Positions 1 to 14,214 of a DNA stretch of 64,000 bases are shown here, piece by piece (the first letter of the stretch is position 1; the number at the start of each line of letters is the position of its first letter). Below the pieces are notes generated by a model. The model searched no databases, had not been told where the DNA came from, and saw nothing but the letters and a program-made list of their open reading frames with translations. Origin of the DNA: the human T2T-CHM13v2.0 reference genome, Homo sapiens; the NCBI RefSeq assembly GCF_009914755.1, contig NC_060936.1. One strand, given 5' to 3'. The translations under genes and the position numbers were made by a program.

Positions 1-714
1 TAATTCTTGTAACAGCTTTGGGAAGTAGATATTGACATCATCCCACTATTAAAGTTGAGAAAATTGAGGCCCAAAGTGCTGGAGTGACAAAACCCAGCCA
101 TCCACCTCTAGTTCCTTGCCACTTCCCAGGATGCAATGCTGCTGTTCTCTGTGTGAGTTCCTAGTGCACTCTTTGATGGGCTGTGAAGGTTCTTTGTCCT
201 TTACACTCTGTATTTGGTGTCTCTTCGGCTACAATTTAAACACTTTAGGACAAGGGTTTAAGGGCATGTTATTTTTCTTTTGTATCCCATCCTCCCACCG
301 CCCAGTGATCTTTCTAAAATGCACATCCGATCATGCCAGCCCCCTGTTTTGAGTTCCTCTTAGGCTTCTTGTTGCTTGGCACAGAGATGCCAACCCATTT
401 GGGAGGGACTGCGGATCCAAGAGTGGTGCACATTTCAGAATCTTGGGAGGAAGTGAAGTACGACTTATAGCATATAGAAGCAATACAATAATTATTTGAA
501 AAGAAAAATCAAAGCAATTTGTTCATGAATACGTTTGTTTTGCTTACCAGAGCTATATATAGGCAATACTATAATTCTCGACACTTTTAGGAGAGCACAT
601 TATTTTGAGGGTGCGTGAGACTTTCATTTTCATCAAAGAAGCCATGAATTTTGTTGTTGTTTGTGGAACCACAATCTCAAAAGTGAAAACATGCCATCTC
701 TCATATCTCAGATT

Positions 715-1925
715 TCCATATATGTATGGGCTTGTGTCTGGACTCTCTTTCGTCTTCTGTTAGTTTGTGGCTTCTGTGCCACAGTCATGCCATCTAATTA
801 TCATGGCTTTATAAAATGTTTTGCTCTCTAGTCGGACAGCTGCCTCCACTTCTTTTCCTCCAAAATTGTTTTTGAACCTTTGTTCTGTTACATTAATTTT
901 AATATGAGCATTTCCAGTTCCATAAAAAAAGTATTTTGATTTTGATTGTAATTACACTTGATTAATATATTAAAATTGAAGGACAGCTGACAACCTAATG
1001 ATATTGAGTCGTCCCATCCATTTATTTGGATGTGGCAGGACCTCTTGGTTGCCTACTCATCAGTACTAGCCCACTCCACTTCCTTTCTTATCTACAGAGA
1101 ATGCTTCCCATATTAGAGACTGAAAATATGAGAGATTTTCCTATTCTTCCATAGGCATGGCCTCATGACTCAATCCTGGGGGACATGAGATAAAGGTTTA
1201 TGGGAAAAGTTTGATAACAAAAAAATAGATGTGCAAAGAGATACTTCTTTTACTTCCTCTGGAATAGAGTCATGTGAAGAGGTCTTTACACATAGACTCT
1301 AACTATGACATCAATCCTGAAACTGGGAGAGGACAAACCTGAGATAAAAGCCTTGTTGGAGATGCTTCAGCAGAAAGATGGAAAGATCCTGAGTGTTTGA
1401 TGACATCCTTGAGTTGCAGGATTAAGCAACCCTGAACCTGCCCATGCTGGGCTTCATGTAATGTGAAGTAATAAATATTACTTCAAGACACTTCCTGTTG
1501 GATATATGTTACTTGCATGTAAAAACACCTTAATTAATATACCATGTCTTGTTCTATTTCCTTCAATAAAATTTTATTATTTTCTTCACAGGCATCCTAC
1601 ACATTTTTGCAAATATGACATTTTTGAAGATTACATTTCTAATTGTCTATTACTGGTGATTAAGTAGGCTATTGATTTGTTTGTTGGTCTTATATCCAGC
1701 TTAGTGATCACTCATTAATTCTAATAGTTTATAAAGTGTCCTACGGACTATTATATCATCTGAAAATAAGAACAGCTTTCTTTCTGCTTTTAAATTCTTA
1801 TATTATGTATTTTTCTTGCCTTATTACATTAACTTATACTTCAGATACAATATTGAAAAGGAGTAGATATGGTAAGCAGCTGTTTCCTCCTGACTCTGAT
1901 AGGAATAATTATCAAGTTTCAGCTT
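715..1925 (-). mobile_element. Old L1M (ORF2 region) fragments, antisense, split by an MLT1 LTR
   Basis: T-rich sequence resembling antisense L1 ORF2 (atatgtatgggcttgtgtctggactct...; ttttgattttgattgtaattacacttga); boundaries approximate. Confidence 0.6.
1031..1541 (+). mobile_element. MLT1-family (ERVL-MaLR) LTR
   Basis: Starts tgtggcagg...; 3' part has aataaa...ttacttgcatgtaaaaacaccttaattaata, typical of old MLT1 ends. Confidence 0.6.
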
Positions 1926-1926
1926 T

Positions 1927-1992
1927 CAGGACCTTTCCATAGCACAACTCTAGGGGGCACCATTCATAGTACTTTGACATTATGAGTGGTTT
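1927..1992 (+). mobile_element. Short MER91B-like hAT-Tip100 fragment with a CTCF-type motif
   Basis: cacaactctagggggcaccattcatagt...attatgagtgg with an internal inverted repeat; family recalled from consensus. Confidence 0.45.
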
Positions 1993-2966
1993 TGTAATAT
2001 ATTTTTATAAATAGTCTCTGTTAAAGTGTTTGTGTATCAGTTAGGATTAGGCTTGGTTGCAGGCAACATAAAAAGACTGAATAGCAGTAGATTATACAAG
2101 ATGGAAACTTATTTTTCATGCCCAAGATATCCAGAGGTATTCAGTTCAGGACACAATTAGTGTGCTGCAGTCTCAGAGATCCAGAATCCTATTACCATGT
2201 TGTTCCACCATCCTAATCGTTTCCCACCTTCAGGTGGGAAAACATACACTTTCCTCGAAAGATAAAGAAAGCACATTCAATTTATAATTTATCAAATTAT
2301 GATTTTAAAAAACTCAATAAAGTAGGACTAGAAGGTGTGGCCAAGATTGCTAATTTCATCCCAGTATCTATTCTTCCTGTATCCTTGCAAAAGAAACCTT
2401 AATCTTTTATTCTGAATTTTCAAATTTATTTGCATAAATTTTTCCATTTTCTCTTATGGTTTGTTTAATCTCTATTCTAATGTGTTTTGTTTCTGTTCCC
2501 TTTTTTGTTCTTAATATTTTATTTATTTGTGTCATTTTCCTTGATTTGCCTCACTAGAAATTTTTCTTTCATTCAAAAACTCAAATTTTAACTATATGAA
2601 CTTTTTGTAATTTTTTCTTAATTTATTGATTTTTACTTTACCTTTATTATTTCCTTTTTTCTACCCTTTGTGGCACCTTCTGGTTTGTTTGTTTATTTTC
2701 TCCCTTCTTGAATTGACTGCAAACTCATTTACTTTTTATCTTTCTTTTATTTTACAGATAAATTTTAGGTTCTAATCACATCTTTTAATACTACCTTACT
2801 GCATCACACATTTTTTGTGATTATTTTATTTTCACTTCGTTTAGAATATTTTCAACTTTTCATTATTATTTCCTGTTGAATCTAAAAGTTAACTAGAAAG
2901 ATATTTTTAAATTTCCAAACATGCAGTTTTTTTATTTTTTTTTAACTTCTTTAAAAAAAAACTCTC

Positions 2967-3121
2967 AGCCAGGCACTGTGGCACATGCCTGTAATCCCAG
3001 CTACTTGGGAGGCTGAGGCACAAGAATCACTTGAACCCAGGAGGCAGAGATTGCAGTGAACTGTAATCCTGCCTGGGTGACAGAGTGAGACTGTCTCAAA
3101 ACAAAAACAGAAACAAAAAAA
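2967..3121 (+). mobile_element. Alu right-arm fragment with an internal deletion
   Basis: gcctgtaatcccagctacttgggaggctgagg...gcctgggtgacagagtgagactgtctc followed by an A-rich tail. Confidence 0.9.
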
Positions 3122-3757
3122 CACCTCTCCTCTTTGCTTGCAGATGTCTAATTTAATTGCATATTGATACAAATATGCATAATATAAATTCTTTGAAAAT
3201 TGCTAAAGTCTTCACAATATGGCCAATTTTGTAAATTTTCTAAGAAGAAAAATTTATAATTTTTATTGGGTACAGAGTTCTATATAAAACAGATAAATTT
3301 ATAGATATTTTCTTCGAATATTCTTACAGAGTTTTTTTTGTTAGATTTCTCATTTGCTGTTAGAAGAATATTAAAAATCTACTATGTGTATAAAATGATC
3401 TGTTTTGGCCTTTTATATAACTTAAAACTATGTTGTTAGGTGCATGCAAGGTCATGATTGCTACATCATCTTGGAGAATGATTCATTTTATTATTGTATA
3501 GTATCTATCTTTTTCTCTATTTGTTCTTTTTGCAACAAATTTTATCTTGTCATATATTAATCTTGCTGCTCAACATTCATTTGGAATTTACATGATCTTT
3601 TTTTTCTCACCCTTCAATTTCAAACCTTCAGACTGATATTGTTTTGTGTGTCTTTCTTCTCAATTGCATATTGTTGGGTCTTTCTCTTTCATTCATTTTC
3701 ATAATCTCTGCTTTTAGTGGTTGGCTTTAATCCACTGGCAAGTATTGTGAGTTATTA

Positions 3758-4078
3758 CAGTCATTCCTTGGTATCCACAGGGGATTGGTTCCAGGACTCC
3801 CTGTGGGTGCCAGAATCCACAGATGCTCAAGTTCCTTATATAAAATGGCATAGTGTTTGCATGTAATCCATGCACATCCTCCTGTATACTTTAAACCATC
3901 TCCAGATTACTCATAATACCTAATACAATGTAAATGCTATGTAAAGATTTACTATACTGTATGTTTTAAATTTGTGTTATTTTTATTGCTGTATTCTTCT
4001 TTTTAACTAAAAAAAATGTTTAATCTCACGTTGGTTGAATCCAAAGATGTGGAAGCTGTGGATATGGAGGACTGACTA
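3758..4078 (+). mobile_element. MER2 (TcMar-Tigger non-autonomous DNA transposon)
   Basis: TIRs cagtcattccttggtatccacag / ctgtggatatggaggactgacta; TA on the 5' side; internal ggggattggttccaggac...gatgctcaagt matches MER2. Confidence 0.9.
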
Positions 4079-4249
4079 CATTATCTTCTTTTATTTTTTC
4101 TGTTTATTATGTTTTTCTTTGCTACTTTTTTCTCCCTGTTTTCCTCTGCGCTTTTGGAGTGATAAAGTTTTTATAATTACGTTTTTCTCTGCCTGGATTG
4201 AAATCTATATTGTGCACTTCTACTCATTAAATGATTATCCCTATATTAG

Positions 4250-4544
<295 letters not shown>

Positions 4545-4717
4545 TTATCCCTATCTTTAAATATTTAACAGTTATACACTTATTTGTATGAACAAATCTA
4601 AACTTTTTTGGTAATGTTATTCTCTTCTTGGTGGTCATACATATTCTGTATCTGTTAAAGTCTTCCCTCCTCTGTTTTATTACTATTTTCTTTAATTTTA
4701 ACTTCACACCTCATTCC

Positions 4718-5007
4718 TTTTTTTTTTTTTTATGGAGTCTGGCTCTGTCACGCAGGCTGGATTGCAGTGGCACAATCTCAGCTCACTGCAGCCTCCGCCT
4801 CCTGGCTTTAGGCAATTCTCTGCCTCAGCCTCCCAAGTAGCTGGGATTACAGGTGCCCGCCACCAAGCCTGCCTAATTTTTGTATTTTTAGTAGAAATGG
4901 GGTTTCACCATCTTGACCAGGCTGGTCTTGAACTCCTGACCTCGTGATCCACCCGCCTCGGCCTCCCAAAGTGCTAGGATTACAGGTGAGAGCCACAGCA
5001 CCTGGCC
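4718..5007 (-). mobile_element. AluS (Sg7-like)
   Basis: Antisense Alu with the ggcagagaattgc variant; imperfect TSD cctcatt(c/g)ct. Confidence 0.93.
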
Positions 5008-5629
5008 CATCCCTCATTGCTGAATGAGAATTAGCTAGATAGAAATTTCCCTCAGCAGTTTGTAGGTATGGCTTCATTATCTTCTCGGGTTCAATTACCT
5101 TCTTGGTTTCTATTCTATTACACCTTAAATTTTTCATAGAAAAATGTAAGATGTAACTTCAGTCTAAGTGTTAATCTTTTTTAAGTAATCTATTTTTCCC
5201 CACTGGCAGCTTTTCCTTTTATTAATGATGCTCTGCAGTTTCATTGTGATGTGGACCTGCATCAAAGTGCACTTTTGATCTGAGTTCTCATATTTTTCTC
5301 TAACTCTGGAAAATTCTAAGCTACAATCTTTTCAAATAATGACTTCTCTCATTTCTTCCAGTCTCTTTTCCTTTCTCTGGTACTCAAATTAGAGATGTGT
5401 TGGAGTCTCTCAGTCTGTCCTGCAGGGCTCATAACTATTCTGCTCTTTTGAATTTTATATTTCTTTGTCTCTTTGTACTAGATCTGGGTAAATTTGTCAG
5501 TACTCTCAATTTACCAATTATCTCTTAAACTGTGCCTAGTCTAGAGATTATCGTAAATATTGGCTTTCTTATTTCCAGAATATATTTTTAAGTTCAAAAA
5601 TTTTCAGTTGATTGCTTTCCCTGTCTACA

Positions 5630-6113
5630 TGTGGTGGTTTGCCCCAAATTTGCCCCATCCCTTCATATATGCCCCTTTGCAATGTGACTTTGACACTCTG
5701 ACTATCAATAAGTGGGGTATACCTCTGCAGCCTCAAATCTGGTCTTGTCTATGTGACTTGTTTTGAGCAGTGGCCATTGGCAAATATATAATTCAACAGA
5801 GGCTTGAGAAGTTCTTGTGCATTGGAGTTTGCCCTTTTTTGGCTGCAGGAAACCCTGCTATCACACGGAAGCAAGCCTAGGTTAGCCTCCTAAAGAATCA
5901 CAAAAAGAAAGACCCTAGCTGTCTGAATGATCTGAGCTAAGTCCCCAGACGTGCAAGTGTGGCCATCCTAGACCACTGAGCTCCAGCCAAGCCAGCTTGC
6001 ATCAGAAGAACTGTCCAGAAAACTCACAGAATCATAAGAAATAATGCAGGTTGGTTTTTTAAGTGACTAAGTTGTGGGGGTGGTTTGTGATGCAGCCGAA
6101 GTTAATTGATATA
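5630..6113 (+). mobile_element. MLT1 (G/H-like) LTR
   Basis: tgtggtgg...cccctttgcaatgtgactttg...; 3' end actaagttgtgggggtggtttgtgatgcagc...ttgatata. Confidence 0.7.
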
Positions 6114-6808
6114 CTGTGTTGTTCCATTTCTCCCTGTTTTGTTTCCCAATATTTGTTCACTTTTAAGGCATCTAATTCCTTTTCCACGTCTTTAGTCACC
6201 TTAAGTGTTACTGTTCAAGTCTTACTGTTCAATTTACCGTTTAAGTCCTTGACATACTGTTTCATAAAATTATTCTCAACTGGAGTGAACTATTGACTTT
6301 CTTGACTGTTTTTCTTAGCGCTTATTTTCTACATATATTTTGGAAAGTCTGCAGGCTTATTTTGAATGGAAGGCATTTTGTTTTGTTTCACTTGTTCTGC
6401 TTTTTCTTGTACCCAGTTGAGAAGTTTTGCAGATGCTTTCACCCAGCACGCTGTACTCTTGGTCCACAGCTGAGTCTCAAGATAGTTTTCTGGGGCTCCT
6501 GGCCCACAGTGATATTGAGAATATTACAGAGCCAGTCACAGAGCTGGCTTTGAATCAGCTGGCTTCATATCAGCTTTAAATTTCTAATCAGTTCCTGTTT
6601 AGAAGGCCGGGTCTTGGATCGCTGTAGTTCCACAGCTTCTGAGAACGCCTGGCTTTCAGCAGTTAGCCTGGTTCTATCGTTTCTTGAGTAGACACTTAGT
6701 TTCTATTATCCTATCCAAGCCACACTCCTTCCCATCGCTGCCTGGTTTGGGGTCCAGAGCCCTGCAAGCCCACGGCTTTACCCCCCTCATGCTTGCAGTC
6801 ATCCATAA

Positions 6809-7289
<481 letters not shown>

Positions 7290-7454
7290 ATGTTTGGGTA
7301 TATTTTATTAGGTTTGTTTTTTCCTTGTCTATACTTTGTCTTTCATGGTCTTTTACTTAGAACACAGGGAATGTGAAGAAGTGTGAAATTAAGGGGAGCC
7401 CGTTTGACCGGAGGTCCATTTCATATAATTTTATCTAAAAATTAAATATAAGCT

Positions 7455-7946
7455 TAAGCTGGCATGCAAGATCTTTCACAATTCAGATCCGCTTCCCACT
7501 CCCACTGCTAGGCACCCCGCACTTCACTCACATCAAATTGCCTCCTGTTTCCTGAACACAGCACGTGCTTTTATTCTTTGGGGCACGTTCATATCCAGAA
7601 CAGCCCTCCTGCCACACCTTTCATCTTCAAGACCTTCATGAAAACTCATTTCAACTGGGAAGTTGGCTCCAGATCCCACAGATTAAGTTACTTCTTCCTT
7701 CTCTGTGCAGCTGGTATTGTTACATACCTTTATGTAGTGCTCTCTGTATTCCTCTATATTCTATTTCTATATACTACTTAATGTCATCGAATTGTGAATT
7801 TTAGTACTTATAATCTCCTCCAGGTAGGCTGAGAGCTTCCTGAAGACAGACACTGTCTTTTCCATATTCATATTCTTGGAAGTTAGCAAAGGGCCTGGCA
7901 CAAAGTATGCACTCAGTACACACGTACTGAGTAAATGAATGAATGA
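7455..7946 (+). mobile_element. L2 3' fragment
   Basis: gcctggcacaaagtatgcactcagta...aatgaatgaatga L2 terminus. Confidence 0.7.
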
Positions 7947-8313
7947 TTCATATGATGTGCAAGATAAAGTAAGCATATAGTACATGTGGTTTATTGCCAT
8001 ATTGTTATGTCCATAACAATTGCTGTTTATCTAAGTGTCTGCTTTGGGCAACATGAATGTGCTATATTTATCCACTGCACTTAGAAATAAAGAGAAGGCA
8101 GCGGACAAATTTTTATCCTGAAGTTTGCCTTATATAACTACCATTAAGCTAACTCTGTGCAGAAGACAATTGACATACTCCAATACACCTTTTGTAAAAG
8201 TGTGGTTTTTACAACTCTTAAGGCAACATGAGACAGTCTCATTTCCTTCCTCAATTTCATGGCATTCTTCAAAAAAGAGTGGAGGAGGATGTTAGCACGA
8301 GTTGTTATCTTTC

Positions 8314-8655
<342 letters not shown>

Positions 8656-9882
8656 TAATATGTGTAAATGCTTTACAGTTATAACAACTCAGTTCTATCT
8701 TTCTATCAATTATAATTCTATCTCAGGAGAAGGGTTACGTTTTTTGTTCCTTTTTTTACAAAGAGGATGTAATTTTGGTACCAAATGGCATGCTGTGTGA
8801 GCAAAAATATTTGTCTAATTGTCCAACTTTTCTGGAATCCTTCAGGATACTATTTCTTCCTCAGAAACAGAATGAAGGCTCTGTGACATGGAAGAAACAA
8901 AAAGGTTTTCATTCTGGTGGGAGTTACTTGTGCTTTCATTTCCTCCAGCTCGATTGCATGGCTATGGCAAAAACAGAAATTCAACTGAGTAGAATTTCTG
9001 TTCTAAAAACATCTAAAATTCATCTCAAATCTGTATCTTTTCTGGGGAGAGAAACTAAATCCAGTCTAACAACTAATTAAACAAACAAACAAATACCCTA
9101 AAACCACAGTCTTCTCCTGGCGCCTGTCTACACCCACTCCTCCCCAGACCCCTTCCCCCATCTCCTTCCCCACTAGCCCAGTCCCACCTGGTCCAGGGAT
9201 CAACGTGATGGGGCTCACTCTCTCCCACACAGGGAATGTGTTGGATAAAAGTTATATGTGGAAAATGTGGGTAAGAGAACTAGAAAATGAATATGAAGTT
9301 ATCACTGTGTTTAACTTCCAACTTTGCTCTCTGATTCCAATAGTCGTCACAGTTTTCTGAAAACCTGAAATGTAACGTATGTGACGTTGCTTCTCCCTAG
9401 TGATTCAGCAAACAAAAGCCTGAAATTCTTCTCCAAATCTCCATTTTCCCCCACATTCCTAATTCAAGCTCAAAGCTTTATTTAATTTAACCACATTTAA
9501 CACATAATTTTTAGTTATGTGCTCTGATTGATGCAGTATTTCTTATGGATATAGACTTTGAATCCATTGTATGACCTCGAAAAGAATTTAGAGTTTAGAC
9601 AATTTAGAATTTGGAACCAATTTCAGTGTCTCCAGAAAAGATCCAAAGTTGATAGCTTGCCGCTTCTCCCCGTATGGTGAGCCATCTCACTGTGCTCAAG
9701 AGACTGCTACATCCTGGAGAAGGGGATAACACAGAGGGACACAGAGATTTTTTATTTACAGAAATAGTATCTGGAAGTGCCCTTTGGTTTACTATCTTGA
9801 TCTTTTATGTTAAGCAACTACGAATGTTTGAAAGGGAGAACAAAAAAATCGCCACTAAGAGAAGGAAATATTACCTGAAGAA

Positions 9883-10223
9883 GGCCGGGTGCAGTGGCTC
9901 ACGCCTGTAATCCCAGCACTTTGGGAGGCCAAGGCAGGCGGATCACGAGGTCAGGAGATTGAGACCGTCCTGGCTAACACGGTGAAACCCCGTCTCTACT
10001 AAAAATACAAAAAAAAAAAAAAAAAAAAAATTAGCCGGGCGTGGTGGCAGGTGGCTGTAGTCCCAGCTACTCGGAGGCTGAGGCCGGGGAATGGCGTGAA
10101 CCCGGGGAATGGCGTGAACCCGGGAGGCTGAGCTTGCAGTGAGCCGAGATCGCGCCACTGCACTCCAGCCTGGGCAACAGGGCGAGACTCCGTCTCAAAA
10201 AAAAAAAAAAAAAAAAAAAAAAA
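9883..10223 (+). mobile_element. AluY with an 18-bp internal tandem duplication and an expanded middle A-tract
   Basis: (ccggggaatggcgtgaac)x2; TSD gaaatatta(c/t)ctgaagaa. Confidence 0.95.
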
Positions 10224-10349
10224 GAAATATTATCTGAAGAAAATGTTATCAATGACAACTCCTAGACACTAATTGTGGTACATTGCATTTCATTTCATTT
10301 CCAGTCACACTATGAGCATCTACGATGAGCTAGGTACTGTACCAAATTC

Positions 10350-10632
10350 TAGACCACCTTTGTTCAATAGAAATAGATGCCAGCCACCTATGTAACTTTA
10401 AAGTTTCTAGTGGACACATGAAAGCCATTAAAGAGAAATGGGCGAAATTAAATATTTGTATCATTTCGACATGTAATCAATACAAAAATGAATGAGATGT
10501 TTTATTTTTTTAATACTGCATCTTCAAAATCTGTTGTGTGTTTTTCACTCACAGCGCAGCTTAACTTGGACTCACCACCTATCAAGTGCTCGACAGCCAC
10601 GTGTGCAGTGGTTCCTACGTGGAGCAGCATAC
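10350..10632. mobile_element. MER33 (hAT-Charlie)
   Basis: caatagaaata...gccacctatgtaactttaaagtttctagt...tcaagtgctcgacagccacgtgt. Confidence 0.75.
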
Positions 10633-11184
10633 ATCCAGAGATGCAAATATTAATGAGGACAGTGCTAGTAACAGAGTTGCTGAGCAATCTATGTCCCCTT
10701 GTAAGAACCAGTGCCCCAGGGGAAGAAACAGAACTCCACAAGGTAGCAGTGTGGGTGTAGTACCCGCATGTGCCCATGTTATGGGAATGTAGATGGGGAG
10801 TGACCACCGCCAACAGAAGTGTGGCCATCTTGCCCGAGATGCCTGAGGACCTCCTATTTTTAGATGCTGCTGCCCAAGGCCTGTATTTCATGCTATGGCT
10901 TTTGTCATTTGAATTATCAGTAGCTGTCTCGGAGCTATTACGCTTCACTGGGCCCTGGAGGATATTGTCTTATACAGTCCACTGGGTTTTGGATATGCAG
11001 TCTGTGCCTTTCATTGCCTTCCTGGAAAATAATAACTAAACTCTTCCTCACCAGGCTTTTTGTCTTTTTTAACTTTCTCTTTGTCTAGTTTATTTTGGTA
11101 TCTCTGTTACTATCATTTCTTCAATGTTTTTTTCCTGCTGATCTAACTCTTTTAGCTTGTTCAAGTTAAAAAAAAAAAAAAAAA

Positions 11185-11524
<340 letters not shown>

Positions 11525-12189
11525 CTATGGGCATAGCTTATGCACACTGGTGACAAGAAATGTTAAACACAGAGCTAAAATATATTAAGTATTTAAAATT
11601 AGTGTACGTATATAATAAGTAAATCCTAAGATAATGATGTTGACGCAAGGGTGGGCAGAATTTGTGAGGGCAAAGCTTAAGAGTGGGAGAGTAAAGATGT
11701 GCAGGTCCCAGTCCCTTATGTCTTGCTGCGGGAACAGAAAGAGAGGCCATCATCAGAGGTACAGGATGCTCATCTTTCCATCTTGTCAGGACCATTTTGA
11801 TCTCAAGGACAATTTGATATGCAGAATGCAAAAAGAATATAACTAAGATATTTTTGACAGCAGCAGAAAATGTCTTATGAACAAACCACTGAACGTCCAT
11901 TTTCAGATATTATCAAGTAGTAAATCCCTCATCCTTTCCCCTTCCTTGACCCTGTTCTACTAGGTGGGAGTCAGCACAGGGTGGAGGGTGTCCTTGACAT
12001 CTATACTAGGGCCACCGTACAAATAACCCCAACAACAAAATGACCACTCCAGTCCACATATGGTGTATCCCCCTTCCCACCACAGGTTAAATCCATACCA
12101 TGTCTCCAGTAAGGACTGTGGCTTAACTTTTGACCTGGAGCCCACACAACTTTCACACATTATAGTTCTCTCAAGTTTAAGAAGACAAC

Positions 12190-12557
12190 TGATTTGGTTT
12201 GGCTGTGTCCCCACTCAAATCTTATCTTGAATTGCAGTTTAGTTCCCACAATCCCTATGTGTCATGGGAAGGACCTAGTAAGAGGTAATTGAATCATGGG
12301 GGTGGGTTTTTCCCATGCTGTTCTTGCGAAAGTGAATAAGTCTCACAAGATCTGATGGTCTTATAAGGGGCAGTTCCCCTGCACATGCTCTCTTGCCTGC
12401 TGCCATGTAAGACATGCCTTTGCTCCTCCTTCACCTTCTGCCAGGATTGTAAGGCCTCCCCAGCCATGTGGAACTGTGAGTCCACTAACTTCTTTTTCTT
12501 TATAAATTACCCAGTCTCAGGTAGGTCTTCATAGCACTATGAAGATGGACTAACACA
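12190..12557 (+). mobile_element. THE1 (C/D-like) solo LTR, ERVL-MaLR
   Basis: tgatttggtttggctgtgtcccca ... aaattacccagtctcagg ... ggactaacaca. Confidence 0.9.
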
Positions 12558-13233
12558 GCAATATTTTCAAAGTTAGGCTCCCAGCTGAGCACCCTTTCAG
12601 TAGTATTTGGGTTATTGGTCTTCAGCCATTGTTCTTATATTTCCTCTGCTCCTTTCCGTCTCTCTTCCCCTTTGACAGCTGCTACCAGGCTGGGAGTTCC
12701 AGAAACCCCATGTGCAGAAGCTTGAGGGCCCAGGCAGGGGAGGAAACATGACAGTTAGGCAAAAATACCCCTGAGAGGTCAGGTGCTTTATTGGATGGGC
12801 ACCGTGAACCTAATGCTCTGAAGGCTGGATGCCTGGGCTTCCTTCCCCATACCTAAGGCTGGATCTGAGGAGAACTGGCAAATAAGTGAGGTTTACTCTT
12901 CTCCTCTACTTTGAGCATCCTTATCTGCCCTGTGTCATCCTGTCACCCTCTAGCTAAACCTGCCAGCCTGCCCTCGTGGGGCCATGCCACCACTCTGCCA
13001 GGCCTCCCCTCCATCTGTCTCCCTCTTTACTTGATGTCTGATAGCTGTCATGTGGTAAAGAGCAATGTGCTGATGCCTGGTGGGAGCTGGATGTGTACTC
13101 AATAACCAGGAGTGCTTGCACTTGGTGAAATAGGGAATAATATTATATTTCCATCCAATCATATGGAATGAGATCCAAATGGTGAAATGCCAGACCCCCG
13201 GACAAAAGGACTGTTATCTACAATTGTGTAAAT

Positions 13234-13393
13234 CAAGCTTGTTCAACCCACAGCCCACAGGCCACATGCAACCCAGGACAGCTTTGAATGTGGCCCATCA
13301 GCTATCGATCAGCTATCATTAGTGTATTTTATGTGTGGCCCAAGACAATTCTTCTTCTGTGACCCAGGGAAGCCAAAAGATTGGACATCCCTG
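13234..13393 (+). mobile_element. MER30 (hAT-Charlie), internally deleted
   Basis: TIRs caagcttgttcaa / ttggacatccctg; 8-bp TSD gtgtaaat/gtgtagat. Confidence 0.88.
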
Positions 13394-13611
13394 GTGTAGA
13401 TTGTTCTCTACACAGGACTTGAAGCCTAGGAAGTGAGTGAGGTGGTCAGTATGCACTCTACTCACCAAGCCGCACACCCTGACACAGAACTGTGTCCCCC
13501 TGAAGGAAAGAGTACCCTTTGCTGATTTTCACAAAACTACTCTAGTACTACTTAATGCTTAAGGGGGCTTTGGGTAGAAGAAGACTTAACCTTTTAAAAC
13601 ACATTTTACAA

Positions 13612-13910
13612 GCTCGTGCCTGTAATCCCAGCCACTCAGAAGGCTGAGGTAGGAGGATCTCTTGAAACCAGGAATTCAAGACCAGACAGGGCAACATAGC
13701 AAGACCCCCATCTCTAAAAAATAGCAAAAAACAAAAACTTAGCCAGTTGTGGTGGTCTGCACTTGTAGCCCCAGATACTCAGAGGCTGAAGTGGGAAGAT
13801 CTTTTGAGCCCAGGAGTTTGGAGCTGCAGTGAGCCGTGATCGTGCCACTGCCCTCCAGCCTGGGCAACAGAGCAAGGCCCTATCTCTAAACAAAACAAAA
13901 CAAAACAAAA
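13612..13910 (+). mobile_element. AluJ
   Basis: ggaggatctcttgaaaccaggaattcaagacc...gggcaacatagcaagacccc; (AAAAC)n tail; TSD aaaacacat. Confidence 0.92.
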
Positions 13911-14052
13911 CACATCTTTTAGTCTGGAATGTGCACATTTGTCATCATTTTAGGCCTGACTATGAGATTCTCACAAAGAGAAACCGAAAAAGAACAGAAA
14001 CATCAATCATTTCAATTAATCTTCTTTTGGGCCCAATGTGAATCATCTCTCC

Positions 14053-14214
14053 TCAGGACTCTGGTTTGCTGACATTCAGGTGGGAGTTTTTCATGACAGC
14101 AGGAGATCAGGACTCTGGTTTGCTGGCATTCAGGTGGGAGTTTTTCATGACAGCAGGAGGTCTGGACTCTCGTTTGCTGTCATTCAGATGGGAGTTTTTC
14201 ATGACAGCAGGAGG
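14053..14214. repeat. Minisatellite, 54 bp x 3
   Basis: Units start at 14053, 14107 and 14161: tcaggactctggtttgctg(a/g/t)cattcaggtgggagtttttcatgacagcaggag. Confidence 0.95.

Noticed and set aside
9590-9683. Possible internal exon ending at atg|gtgagc
   Set aside because: Donor-like motif only; weak acceptor, unrecognised peptide and no partner exons, though a non-coding exon cannot be excluded
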